The notes under the pieces are model-generated. The model made no database searches, was not told the DNA's origin, and saw only the letters and a list, made by a program, of their open reading frames with translations. The position numbers were made by a program, and so were the translations under genes. Shown here in pieces: positions 1 to 13,000 of a stretch of 64,000 bases of DNA (the first letter of the stretch is position 1; every line of letters begins with the position of its first letter). This stretch comes from Anthoceros angustus (Eukaryota > Plantae > Anthocerotophyta): assembly GCA_010909165.1 (NCBI GenBank), contig VJWM01000134.1:248001-312000 (forward strand). Reading direction: 5' to 3'.

Positions 1-303
1 GCTTATTTGTGCACAACTGGATGGCGACCAAGCAAAGAACGAACAGTTTTGCTCACCTCTTGACTTTCCGGCACTCACTTGTTGTTGCGAGGTCTAACCT
101 TCAAGGTAATTTCGGTTCCACAGGCGTGCAGCGTTGAAGGGCTACTGCAGGCGCGAAGCTGCCCTCATAGCCAATAGGGAAAACCAAGAGCTTGAACAAC
201 GATGTCAATCGGCCAAGGCGACGATGCTTTCAACGCATACATGCAATGAGGAAGATGGATGGCTCAATTCCACGATGGATTCCGGTCCTAGCCACTCCAA
301 GTC

Positions 304-501
304 TTGCGCGCCCTGCAGGGTTGCAGGTTTGCGTTTGTACGGTGGTTCTCATGTAATGAGGCGGTCTTCTTGCCATGCGGGCATTGCTTCCACGATGCTT
401 GTTTGTTCCAAGCGTTACGAGGCCTCCGTGTCCACGCCCTCACGGGGTGCAACCTTGATGTGCACCCAAGATGGATTAAATCAGAGGGTGGCCTTTTATA
501 A
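304..501 (+). pseudogene. RING-finger-like fragment
   Basis: LPCGHCFHDACL resembles the RING core (CxH-x2-H-x2-C); flanks are disrupted. Confidence 0.35.
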
Positions 502-693
502 GTACCATGCCCAATGACTCATGGCATATAGATGAAGAAGAGGACGGGCGGTAGAATACATTGAACTTCTCGGGGACTACGAAAGCATGGATGCACGTTT
601 GCCGGAGGGTTGGGAAACACTCCATTGCCACGACAAAGTGAGAACACGTGAGCAGAAGAACATGCTAGAGTCACCGGTCACGCATTGAACCTT

Positions 694-3600
694 GGACCCT
701 TTTTTTTTGTGTCTGCTTATCCTTCTCGGAGTGTTGCTTGCTTTGTTGTGTAGGCACATATAGGCTTGCTTGTCTCCATTTCTTTACACTTGAAGATACC
801 CATGTCAACATACGCCACCACATGCTCGACTACCTATTCCGATGAGAACACCATTTGTACGCTGGATGCGACTCACGGTTGCAACTGTTCCAATGACAAC
901 CTTTGGCAAGGATGATTGTGGTGCGGTGTCCACTGTGTTGGAAAGCACAAAGCGGTGCATTGTTCGGGCATCCTGCATCAATTTGAAGATGGATACCTTC
1001 AACTGTGTTGCGCTGGAGCAACAGGTAAAGCAACTTTGGTTGAAGAACCCGCTCTTCCACAGTTTGTGCACAATGGTGAGATCAACATGCACGGAGCCAT
1101 TGCGGGCGGTTAAGCCTTTCACTCCAACGGAGGGTTTTGTCTTATTGATTGTGCAGCAAGAGTGGAGCTTGAAGGGAAGCCCTACGGATGTGGAATTTGA
1201 CACCTCGAAAGTGCGCATTGTGTAGTTGTGAAGGAGAAAAACACGAAGTACCCATGGCACTCTGCCATGAGATGGGAGTTATTCAAGCGGATGTTGCAGC
1301 CCCTAGGCCACATGTGGATGCACGAGCCGATCGGCGTGCACAGAGTGGACATGGGGATATGTGTGCCGGTGGACACTCGACAAGTGGTCACTTCTGCACT
1401 AATGGCACTTTGCCATGACCAGCGCCACGAACGTGGTGGGTTCGTGCTCGTGGCACTTTGCCGTGACCGAGGATGCCACTAAGATCGACGTGGTCACCCC
1501 GTGCTTCATGCCAAGGTCATTGAGAAGGAGAAGTTGGTGACAGTGCACCAAGCTCGAGGAGGAGACCCAAAGCGGTTATGCCACAGTGTGGACGGTCGAT
1601 AAGGCATAATCCTATGGGTGTGCAGGAGCGAAGGCCTGGACCATTGAAACGGAAGCCACTCTCAAAGCCTGCTAAGGGAGGGCGTGGAAAAAAGAAGGTC
1701 GTGGCAGTGGAGGATTTGCAGTGCCCTCCAGGTGTAGAACATGATGCGACATCGGATGTGGGGATAACTTCATGGTTCTTGCACTTCCAAATAACAAGGA
1801 GAAAGTTTTGTTCTATGTTCTCAAGTGCGTGTCGACATGGGAGCCCTTGCAAGAGGACTACACCTTTAAAGCATCCTTTAAAAATGCCATCTCGTGATAT
1901 CTACAGCAAAGATTACGTTCGCAAACTCTTCACGAAAAGGCTTCAACTTCTCAAATGTCCTTTGCCCAACATGGACGTCCGTGCTCGACAAAAGTGGAGA
2001 TGGAATATGCATGACACACTACTTGTGTGGCTTTGTAGATGTATCCAGAGTGGGCATGGGTCATGTGACCCGGTACCACTATCTGGCAACCCTCAGACAG
2101 TGGCGGGCTGGCCAGATCATGCCATGGGACAAGTGTGTGGTATACCCTGTCCGGTCAGTGACAATAAGGACCAATCCCGGGGTGGCACTGTTACATTTGA
2201 GGGTGCCATGACACCAGAGGCAAACGTGTAATGGTAGGTCATTACACAAACCCAGGTACTTTAAGCGGGAAGGGATGCCGAAGCCCACATGGGGGGCACA
2301 AGCCAAAAAAGTGCGATTGTGTGAGGAGGGGAAGACAAAAGTAGCATCGCAAGATCATACCATACCAAAGGATGTGGAACAACATGCGACATGTTACCTT
2401 AAAGATTTCGCTATCCAATGGACTGGCGACACGGACATATGAAAGTGGGATATGTGTGCTGCTTTAACTACGAACACTTTGTGTCCTTGTTCTATGATGC
2501 AGCGAGTTGCAAAAGGGAAAATTACGCTTCCCGCCACCACACTTGTCACTGTGCTTCCTACAGCGCCATTAGGATATTTCACCTCGTCTCGAGAACCCAA
2601 CTATGCAGGTGCCTCTCTCACGGCTCCAGGGAGACAACAGAATTGGTCCCCACGAACTTTGAGGGTGAAATTGCGAAGGGCCTTGGATAATCCTGCGAGG
2701 GGCAAGGCATAGACTCCCACTTTGGGTATGGGTCAATTCTGACGAGGAAAGAGGGTGACAATTCGGTATGAACCCATGAAAGATCCATTCAGCAGAAAGG
2801 TTATGGTGTTAGAGTTAACCTCAATTGGTCCGCATTTAAGACCCATGACAAAGGCCATTCTTTGCGGTAATTCGTCTTTTCGTGGAGCAAAAATGAAATC
2901 TACAAAAGAAGGGTGATGAAACTTTGAGGACCCTTTTTTTTATGTCTTATCCTTCTCGAGTGTTGCTTGCCTTATTGTAGGCACATATAGCGTGCTTGCC
3001 CTTGTCTCCATTCTTTACACTTGAAGATACCCATGTCACTGCAATGCCACCACATGCTCAGCGACTACCTATTCCAGTGAGCCGAATACCACCCGTACGC
3101 CCCTGGATGGAAATGCAAAAATATGTTTTACACACACCTGACCTTGTCGTTCCAATGGGGAACAATGCTGGTCCATTGGATGATGTCAGAACTACTGGGT
3201 GCAGTGTCACACAATTGTTGGCAAACCCTCCTGACAGTGACTATGTGGACAGGAGCATCCTGCCACCACCAGTAGTTGAAGATGATGCACCTTATGTGGC
3301 AACATGTGTTGTGGCAGCCCCAACTCTAGGAGCAACAAGTGAGAACAACCTGGTTGAAGAACCTGCTCTTCCACCGTTTGTGCACAATGGTCGAGGCATC
3401 AACATGCAGGAGCCATTGCGGGCGGTTAAGCCTTTCACTCCAACGGAGGGTTTTGTCTTATTGATTGTGCAGCAAGAGTGGAGCTTGAAGGGAAGCCCTA
3501 CAGATGTGGAATTTGACACCTACTGAAAGTGCGCATTGTGTAGTTGTGAAGGAGAAAAAACACGAGGAAGTACCCATGGCACTCTGCCATGAGATGGGAG

Positions 3601-5550
3601 TTATTCAAGCAGATGTTGCAGCCCCTGGGCCACATGTGGATGCACAGGCACTGGATGCTGACGAAGTGCACGACGAAGTGGACATGGGGATATGTGTGCC
3701 AGTGGACACTCGACAAGAAGTGGTCACTTCTCGTGCACTAATGGCACTTTGCCATGACCAGCATGTAGACGGCGTGGTCGGCTCGTGCTGGTGGCACTTT
3801 GCCGTGACCGAGGATGCCACTAAGATCGACGTGGTCACCCCTATGCTTCATGCCAAGGTCATTGAGAAGGAGAAGTTGGTGACAGGTGCACCAAGCTCGA
3901 GGGAGGGAGACCCAAAACTGGTTATGCCACAGTGTGGACGGTCGACAAGGCATAATCCCATGGGTGTGCAGGAGCGAAGGCCTGGACCATTGAAACGGAA
4001 GCCACTCTCAAAGCCTGCTAAGGGAGGGCGTGGAAAAAAGAAGGCTGTGGCAGTGGAGGATTTGCAGTGCCCTCCAGGTGTAGAACATGATGCAGCATCG
4101 CTGGATGTGGGGGATAACTTCATGGTTCTTGCACTTCCAAATAACAAGGAGAAAGTTTTGTTCTATGTTCTCAAGTGCGTGTCGACATGGGAGCCCTTGC
4201 AAGAGGACTACACCTTTAAAGCATCCTTTAAAAATGCCATCTCTACGTGATATCTACAACAGCAAAGATTACGTTCCTGCAAACTCTTCACGTAAAAAGG
4301 CTTCAACTTCTCAAATGTCCTTTGCCCAACATGGACGTCCGGGTGCTCCTGACAAAAGTGGAGATAGAACTCTGTCTGTAGACACCACAACTACTTGTGT
4401 CAGGCTTGCTGAATGTATCCAGCCCCGAGTGGGCAGTGGGTCATAGGGAAAGTGACCCAGTACCCACGTATCCCAAGGACATGACCCCAAGCCCACTGGA
4501 TGACAGGGCACTCGTGCATGACCATCGGGACAAGTAGCACTGTCAATATGCACAGTATCCGTGGCCATGTGATTACAATAAGACCATAGAGTCACATAAA
4601 TTGCCAGGTAGTCACCATGTTACATTTGAGGTGACCATGACACCATGTGACCAAGCAAGTGTCCACACGTAGTGGGCACTGTCATTGCACATGTCCCCGC
4701 CACACCGTGACCCTTGTGTCTTGGGAGGCTGGATGCCAAGAGGCCACAGTCGAGGGTGACCAAAGGTGCAGCAAAAATCAATGGCAGTCAAGCATGTGGA
4801 GCAAGGAACCAAAACTTGTGATGCATTAACGCAAATCATGCCCAACATGCACCCCCAAGAGCATTGTGGAACAACATGCTGAACATCGATTCAGGCACCT
4901 TAACACGGCCTTGCAAACTGAGGGAAAAAGCACAAGTACTAACATAATGGACCTAGCGCCAACCTGAGACATATCAAGGAAACGAGTGATATGTGTGATG
5001 AACGCCTTTGGAGCAGTTCTGAACCGCTTTGTGTCCTTGGTGTTCGATGATGGTCTGGAGGCGAGTTCCCAAAACTGAACGATTACGTCTTTCACATACC
5101 CTGGCACTGTGTCACTCCGTGTCTTCCTACCTGCACCACACCAGTGAGATATTTCACCATGCACATCTCCTTTGAACCCAAGGAGCACAACCGCCTCCTC
5201 ATCGACTCCTATTTGGCGAGACAACGAGGAAACAAGGTGGCTCCCTTAACACGATATCTTTCGAAGGGGGTGAATATTCACGAAGAGGGTTTTGTGACAT
5301 ATATCCTCGAAGGGGTTTCACATGGGCATTGAACTCCCACTTTTGGGGTATGGGTCAATTAGCGTAAAAGAAGGGTGACAATTCGTATGAACCATTGATA
5401 GAAGATCCATTCAACGCCGAAGGGTTATGGTGTTAGAGTTAACCTCAATTGGTCCGCATTTAAGACCCATGACAAAGGCCATTGCAGTAATTCGGTCTTT
5501 TTGGAGCAAAATGAAATCTACAAAAAGAAGGGTGATGAAACTTTGAGGAC
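694..5550. repeat. Tandem duplication (copy 1 694-2927, copy 2 2928-5550) of a decayed transposon-like block
   Basis: Shared text, e.g. EPLRAVKPFTPTEGFVLLIVQQEWSLKGSPTDVEFDT and MPQCGRS...GVEHDA in both copies; GGAC microhomology at 694, 2928 and 5547; copy 1 has many small deletions. Confidence 0.9.
4208..5224 (-). mobile_element. Decayed DNA-transposon ORF fragments
   Basis: IVQFWELASRPSSNTKD...HITRFLDMSQ and HPDVHVGQRTFEKLKPFYVK...RNLCCCRYHVE resemble N-terminal parts of transposase-like proteins; family not securely assignable. Confidence 0.4.
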
Positions 5551-6099
5551 AGTGACCTGGCGGCGTATAAGCAGTTTGAGAGGAAGGGCCGGCCGGCGTC
5601 CTTCCATGCCGATCCCTTGCGAATGGCGGGAGTTGCGTGCCTTAACTCGATTTGGTTTGAAAAGACTTGAGATTGGGGTGGGGATGGCTTCCAAGCCTCA
5701 ATGTGGTCGCAAATATATTGACACCTCCGGTCCCCAGCAATCGATGAACTTAGTGTGAAACTAGTTCCGCCGTCATGACGCCTGAGAGGAACATGCCCGC
5801 TCAACGTATGATGCCTTACATTATGCCGCAATGCCGATGTCGGCCCTGGCCACACCCCACGTGTCCTTCTCTATGGTAGCACAAACTCTTGAAAATGGAA
5901 GATAATATCTATGACGGTCTACAACTTTTCATAGAGGATAGCCACAACCAAAAGCCTAGCATGGGCGTAGATACTATTCAATGTACACGCACATTTGTGC
6001 GCAAACTACGAGAATAGAGCATGACGCAACCTCATCAATTGCGTGAAAATGACATATCATTGAGTGTTTCCTACTCTTCGACTCCACGCCTTCATCTTA

Positions 6100-8520
6100 T
6101 GGGCCCGGCATCCGACCATCCTCTTGACGTCCTCGGTTGCACTTTGACTGGTTGAATAAACCTCGCAATTCAATTAACTTATCTTTTATGGCCTTCTTAT
6201 CCACAGTACAAATGTTTCCCGTAGGCTGAACCCATAATAGAGGATGTTTGGTGAACAAAAACTTGTTGGATATTCTTGATGGATAGCCTTCCCGTCTCCC
6301 AGTTGCTTCCACGCTGCCATCCCTCGATTATATATTCTTCCTACCTCCTTCATACGCCTCGTGTGTTGATTCTGTACCAATGAACAAGGAAGTGAGGCTC
6401 GGTGCATGTAGTTCAACACAAGTCACCTTGCCAATCCAAAAGGGCCTATTTTTTGCGTGCCATGGAAGGCGCAACTAACATTCTGCCTTTATTTTCGATA
6501 TCACCATTCAACCGTGACATTTCTTGTTGTTGCCTCCCAGTTTTGGTATGCTCCCAAATACATATCTCGTTGTGGGAGCTCCCTCGAATGCCTCCTCCAG
6601 TGCTTCATCCGAACATGCAGAGGTTGCATGCTTCCTTCGGATCTGGCGTACCACCTCCAAGGTTTGTGTAGCACAAGGCCAATGTTGTTTTCCACAATAA
6701 GAATCTCCTCTGGTCCACCCGAGCTTCCCACCATAAAACTCCTGATGTCACATACGGCCTAAGTTCAAGACCGCCTTTAGATGAGCAAGCGCTTGGAGAT
6801 AATATCATGTGGCTTCCTTTTTATCCCTCGAGCGTCATCAAGTAATAGTGTCCGCACAATTTCAAAACTCAAACCCCTTGTTTCCCAATCGAAATCGCTT
6901 GCTCACGATCCTCACACAAACCCACGGGCCGCTTTTTCTTCACGTGTTATTTTGAACTGGTCTTTGGAGCGATAGGTTGTTCGGTTTCTTCGCCGCCCCA
7001 TAATCGAGTCCTCTCGGCCTTGTGTAATGGGCCACACATATGTAAGTCGGCCACTTCAATACCTTGACCTCTGTAGGCGTGTACGCTTGCAGATCTCGAC
7101 AATGCGGAAGCGTGTGAGCTTCTTTATGTTTCAAGCTTTTGGAGAAGCAAGAAAACATCCGGTCGATTTGATCATGAGTATGTCCGACCAAAAGGAATCC
7201 CACTTTCACTTTTCAAAAGTACCCATATCAACAAGCATGTTCGGATAAGCAAAAGCTGGTTCTTATTCTCCTGCATGTGTTGTCCAACCGCAATACAAAA
7301 CTCTTGGCGGGACACCCTCGTAGTTATGTATAACGTCGAATAATGGTGATCGTAAGATTCGCGTCGTTCAGATTCGCATAATGCAAATAGGCTCTAGCTT
7401 TAAGCGTATAGTTGTGAATCATGCACCCAACCACGTGGTGAAATCGACACTCCTCTACGAGGTTTTTCGCCAGGAGATGAGGTATCTCTGTCTTTTTGGT
7501 CCATTCCATCAATTGATAGCATATACTTATGTGGCTCCACATAGCTCTTGCTCCTGTTTAGCCATTTTGCCGTTCTGGTGGAGCCGCACGATGTGCTTCC
7601 AAGGCAACTGGTATTTCTCTGTGCCAAAACGAACATCATAATCAGCAATAAAAAGACCCCCATCATCGCCCGACTTTGCGAGAGAACCATCCAACCTATA
7701 CAAAAGCGTTTTTGACGCTCTTACTACATTCATGCGGCAAGGTGGGGGCGTCGGGTCGGCGCCCTTCCCCTTTCTGCGGATGATTTGGGAGGGTCTCGAA
7801 TCATCATAAGCAGTGCAGCAGGCGCCGGCCGGGCGCCCACTCTCTCAACTGAGGGGCTGCGTCACCCTGAGGCGCCGGCCGCCGGCGCCCGGAGGGTTGG
7901 GGCCTCCAATCCAATATAAGCATTGGGCATTGCAAGCACATGATCGATCATGAAGAAGGCGGAAGAAGGGTACATCCGGTGCGGATGATAGGCGGCATTC
8001 AACAAGGAGGAACAAGCACATGAAAGACACATCGGTGCAATTTACCTTGATCTTGCTTGTGCTTTGTATTTCTTATAGTGCTCTTGAGGCTGCGCCGCAT
8101 GTTGAAAATCTGTTGGACTTGAGTTTTTACTCGGGAAGTTGCTTCTCCACGCTTTAAGAACCATGGATACTTCACATAGCGTATGCGAGCTTTCATGGCG
8201 CTTGTACAACGCCCATATTTCCAACTTTGTATACGTGTCGGGTAGATTAAATACTTCCAAATTAGGAAGCCGCTCGGCCATAAACATAAAAGCATTGTCC
8301 ATCCAAGAAATGGCATCAAGCGCATAAGTAGATTGTGCCTTGGGTTTGGTCCGAATCCATCCCAAGGTGATTCGGAAAGACTACGCTCTTTAGCTCCTCA
8401 TACCTCTTGTGCCCAAGGCAATACACTCTTTTGAAAGCCTTCAAGCGGTAGCATAAGAGTCGCTCCCATGAGATGTGTGACCGCTTTCCTTCTATCCCGT
8501 GCACTCCATCGGAGAACAAG
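6100..8520 (-). mobile_element. Frameshifted DDD/E-type DNA transposase remnant (DUF7869-like)
   Basis: Ordered minus-strand fragments: MAERLPNLEVFNLP...; YMLSIDGMDQK; ANLNDANLTITII; KVGFLLVGHTHDQIDRMFS, a motif typical of DUF7869-type transposon proteins. Confidence 0.6.
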
Positions 8521-10999
8521 GCGAAGAAATGTCTCTGTTCACCCTTCCCATCCGAAAGCGGTGCTCAGCTCTGAAATCGCTCTTTGGTCACTTTAGCAAA
8601 CACATTTTGTTGCAACAAGGCTTCTTGAAATCTGCAAGCATTGTCTCCTTCACTTTTTGTCAACGACACTCATTCAGCGTCTCGGCGATAGAGTATTTGC
8701 GGTTGTCGGGGCCTTCAAAGTGTCACTCAGAGGCTTCGGATGGAAGGATTGAGAGGCATCAGGTGTCTGGAAGTGGCGAGAATCGAATCGTCCCAGGGCC
8801 TGTCATCATCGGTGGTGAGGCGAGCAACAATATCCTCATGAAACAAACCACGGCGTGGAACCATCGGTCATCTCCAGGAAGGTCACGGACAATGGGAAGG
8901 AAAGGCAGCGTTTGGATGGCTTCCTCCAAAGCGACATAGCGATGCAAATTCCTAGGTGTTCGAGGAACACCTCGCGGGACATTTGGCGGCGACAAATGTC
9001 GGCGTTTTTCGTCTGCATGCAAGAGCAATGTCCGAATATTCAGCAGGATCACACCATGTGGATTTTCACACCGCCCATCTCAATTATAATCGAAGGAAGA
9101 AATTTAACCTTCATCATCTCGTTCTTACGCAATGGCAAAATGCGCACCGACGGGTGGCGGCGGATGTCGGCGATGTGGCGGCCTTTGGCCTCCTCCCTTC
9201 TCTTGTTTTCAGTGAAGCGGACATTGGGAAGGCAAGTGTTGATCCCAAAGATGATCCTGATAGCCGATGAGCCCACAATCGAAAACAACTGAACTTAGAA
9301 TCATAAAACAAACCCGCCGAAGAAAACGTAAACTGCAGTGCAGACCGAAAGAACTCAAACCTCTTGTCCTTCCGGGGTGTGTGTGAGGCGCAACATTGTA
9401 TGCCCTCGTCGTTCACAAGAACCTTGCTTGAGAGCGCCCTCGCCGTGGGCAGGGGCGAGGAGATTTGTGAAGGAAGTTGCATGCGAATGGCAGGTGTGTG
9501 CCTTCCAAGGCATATCGCAAAGATAGGAAGGACATTATTTCTCTCTGTCGTTACGACATCATGATGGTCTATCAGTGAGAGGTATCCAACGGTGCATCGC
9601 TTCATGCCTTTATGGTCGACAATTATGGTGCCCGGCCGGTATCACGGAAGTCAATGTGATTATGGATAGACAAGAGTTTATATTATGGCATAGCGAAATA
9701 TGGTGGAACGTGAAATGTTAAGTACGTTTTTGGTCTATAAATGCCTGGGGGCAAGGGAACCCTAATTACAAACCTCTCTCTCTTGTCAGTTTGCGAGACG
9801 GTGTGGCAGTGCGGGCGTATTTCAGTCAGGCGGCAGGCGATGACATCTGACGTGTGTTGCTTGGCGAGTTGGAGAACAATTGCAGTTGAATTGCAGGCTT
9901 TGTCCCTTTGCGGCCCGCGGCGAATTCAGCGATGCGGCAGTCAAAACTTTGGAAGGCGATCGGAAGCCAGCAATCAATCGGCAGGTTTTGCGAGACAGGT
10001 TCGGCCCCTCCATGTGATCAGAGCATCACCTTCCTTCCATTCATCTTTCGCGAGACGGGTTGTGATTTCTCGCTTTCTTGTGATTTGCTTGTTTGCGCAA
10101 TTTGAGATGGCGGGAGGCGGAGCAAGAAGGACTTAGCGGAGGCGTTGGCGACCCCAGCGCCGCCCGCGCGGGAAAAGCGAGGAACAGGCGAGTCGGCAAC
10201 CCGGGCAGTGAGGCGCCCAGTGGTCGGAGGCGGGAGGTGTGGGAGGCATAAACCATCGTGGAGGCAAAATCTGGGAGCATGTCTTGGGAAGACAATGGGA
10301 CAAAATGCTAAGCGTGCAAGGTGGGAAGGAGGCTCAAACCTCAAAGCATGTGGTGCCACCTCAATTCGCCATGCTTTGACTCTGAGGCAGTGCATCCATG
10401 TGGGAGGCCCGGATTGACCTGTTATGATTTTGCGGAAGATTGGATGCTCGTCACACTCTTGGAAAAGTCGTATTTTACCGGCTTTTACAATGACTTTACT
10501 ACCTTTTTACAATTGTTGTAAAAAGGCCGTTAATAAACACATAGCATTAGAGGGTTGTTGTAAATGACCAAATATTGTATATCGTATGTATAAAATAATT
10601 TATACAGTATATATGTATTTATACGCAGCTGTATACCTTATTACAATTGTACATTACTACACGTATTTTCGACTATACATTACAAAAGGGTAATTTACTG
10701 GATATTGCAGGATATTTACTACTACATATTACATCGGGACATTTACTACTATATTTAATAACAAGTTATTTACTACTATAAATTACAATAGGATATCTAC
10801 TACCATAAATTACAATAGATCATTTACTCTGGAAGTTACAACAAAACATCTACTCTGGACATTACAATATGCAATTTACAACAAACTAATCATGGTTAAC
10901 ATCTTAGTTAATTAACAATGCTTAGTTAACTATGGTTTTTAATCGGTTTTTAACTATTACAAAAATTCAAACCATTTCCGCCAAAAATTCTAACGTTCT

Positions 11000-11275
11000 A
11001 AATTCGCTTTAAATTCCATTGTAAAGTCCGTTGTAAATTCTCCTTTTAATTCTGTTGTAAATTCTCCTTTTAATTCAGTAGTAAATCCTCCTTTTAATTC
11101 ATTGTAAATTCTCCTTCTAAATTACTGTAAATTCTCTTACATTGTAAATTCTCCTTTTAATTCTGTTGTAAATTCTCCTTTTAATTCAGTAGTAAATTCT
11201 CCTTTTAATTTTGTTTCAAATTCTCCTTTTAATTCCATTGTAAATTCTCCTTTTAATTCCGTTGTAAATTTTGAT
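11000..11275. repeat. 24-bp minisatellite (TTGTAAATTCTCCTTTTAATTC..)
   Basis: About 10 tandem units read directly; they give the spurious ELKGEFTT ORF. Confidence 0.9.
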
Positions 11276-12739
11276 ATTAATTGTTGTAAAATATAAAATA
11301 ATTTCTGCTCAATATCTTTTGCAAACAATATGTAGGGCTATAGTCAAGTTCCCCAAAAATGCCCTCTGAGAATGCTCTTGTATTAATACTCTCGGTGCCG
11401 AACTCTACATTGGTCTACTTTAAGAGAAGCATCTGCGGACCTACTGGATTCCTTCTTCATTCCTCCACCCTAAACACCGACTAGCACGCAAAATGGGATC
11501 ATGAAAGTGAACATCAACATCTTATCAACAACCAACTCAGCTCTCTTGTCGGTTTGCGAGGCGGTGCGCGGGGCGTATTTCGTCGAGGAGAAGCGGGCAG
11601 CCGGTGTTGCTTGGCGAGTTGGAGAACAATTGCGGTTGAATTGCAGGCTTTGTCCCTTTGCGCCAGCGGCGAGGTCAGCGATGCGGCGATCGCCGAGCTT
11701 TGGGCGTCGAAGCCGAATCAATCGGCGAGTTTTGCGAGGTTCGGCCCCTCCATGTGATCGAGCATCACCTTCCTTCCATTCATCTTTCCGCAGACAGTTG
11801 GCGATTGTCGCCGCCTTGTCTTGATTGCTTGTTGCGTTGAGATGGCGGCGGAGGCGGAGCAAGAAGGACTTGGCGGGCGGTGGCCGACCCCAGCGCGTGA
11901 GCAGGCGGGAACAAGGCGGTCGGCTTCAACCCGGGCACAGGTGGCGCCCAGTGGTCGGGAGGCGGGAGGTGTGGGAGGCATAAACCATCTGAGGCAAAAT
12001 CGGGAGCATGTCTTGGGGAAGACAAGCCGGACAAAAGGCGCTAGCGTGCAAGGGGGGAAGGAGGAGCTCAAAACCTCAAAGCATGTGGTGCCACCTCCAT
12101 TCCGCCCATTCTGAGAAAGCGTACATAGCAGATGGGAGGCGGAGTCAGTTATGATTTTGCGGATTGGATGCTCGTCCCTCTGGAAAAAGTCATTATTACA
12201 ACTTTTCAATGACTTTTACTACCTTTTACAGGTGTTGTAAAAAGGTTAATAAACACATAGCATTAGAGGGTTGTTGTAAATGACCAAATATTGTATATAC
12301 GTATGTATAAAATAATTTATACGGTATATATGTATTTATACGCCCATTGTATACCTTATTACAATGACATTACTACACGTATTTTACGACTATACATTAC
12401 AAAAGGGTAATTTACTACGGATATTGCAACAGGATATTTACTACTACATATTACATCAGGACATTTACTACTATATTTAATAACAAGTTATTTACTACTT
12501 TAAATTACAATAGGATATCTACTACCATAAATTATAATAGATCATTTACTACTGGAAGTTACAACAAAACATCTACTACTGGACATTATAATATGCAATT
12601 TACAACAAACTAATCATGGTTAACATCTTCTGGTTAATTAACAATGCTTAGTTAACTATGGTTTTTTAATCGGTTTTTTAACTATTCCCACCAAAAATTC
12701 AAACCATTTCCGTAAATTCTAACGTTCTAAATTGGCTTT

Positions 12740-13000
12740 AAATTCCATTGTAAAGTCCGTTGTAAATTCTCCTTTTAATTCTGTTGTAAATTCTCCTTTT
12801 AATTCAGTAGTAAATCCTCCTTTTAATTCGTTGTAAATTCTCCTTCTAAATTACATTGTAAATTCTCTTACATTGTAAATTCTCCTTTTAATTCTTGTAA
12901 ATTCTCCTTTTAATTCAGTAGTAAATTCTCCTTTTAATTTTGTTTCAAATTCTCCTTTTAATTCCATTGTAAATTCTCCTTTTAATTCCGTTGTAAATTT
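12740..13000. repeat. 24-bp minisatellite, second copy
   Basis: Same unit as 11000-11275. Confidence 0.9.

Noticed and set aside
11000-13000. Regular repeats resembling a CRISPR array
   Set aside because: Units are contiguous with no unique spacers, there are no cas genes, and the context is eukaryotic; this is a minisatellite.
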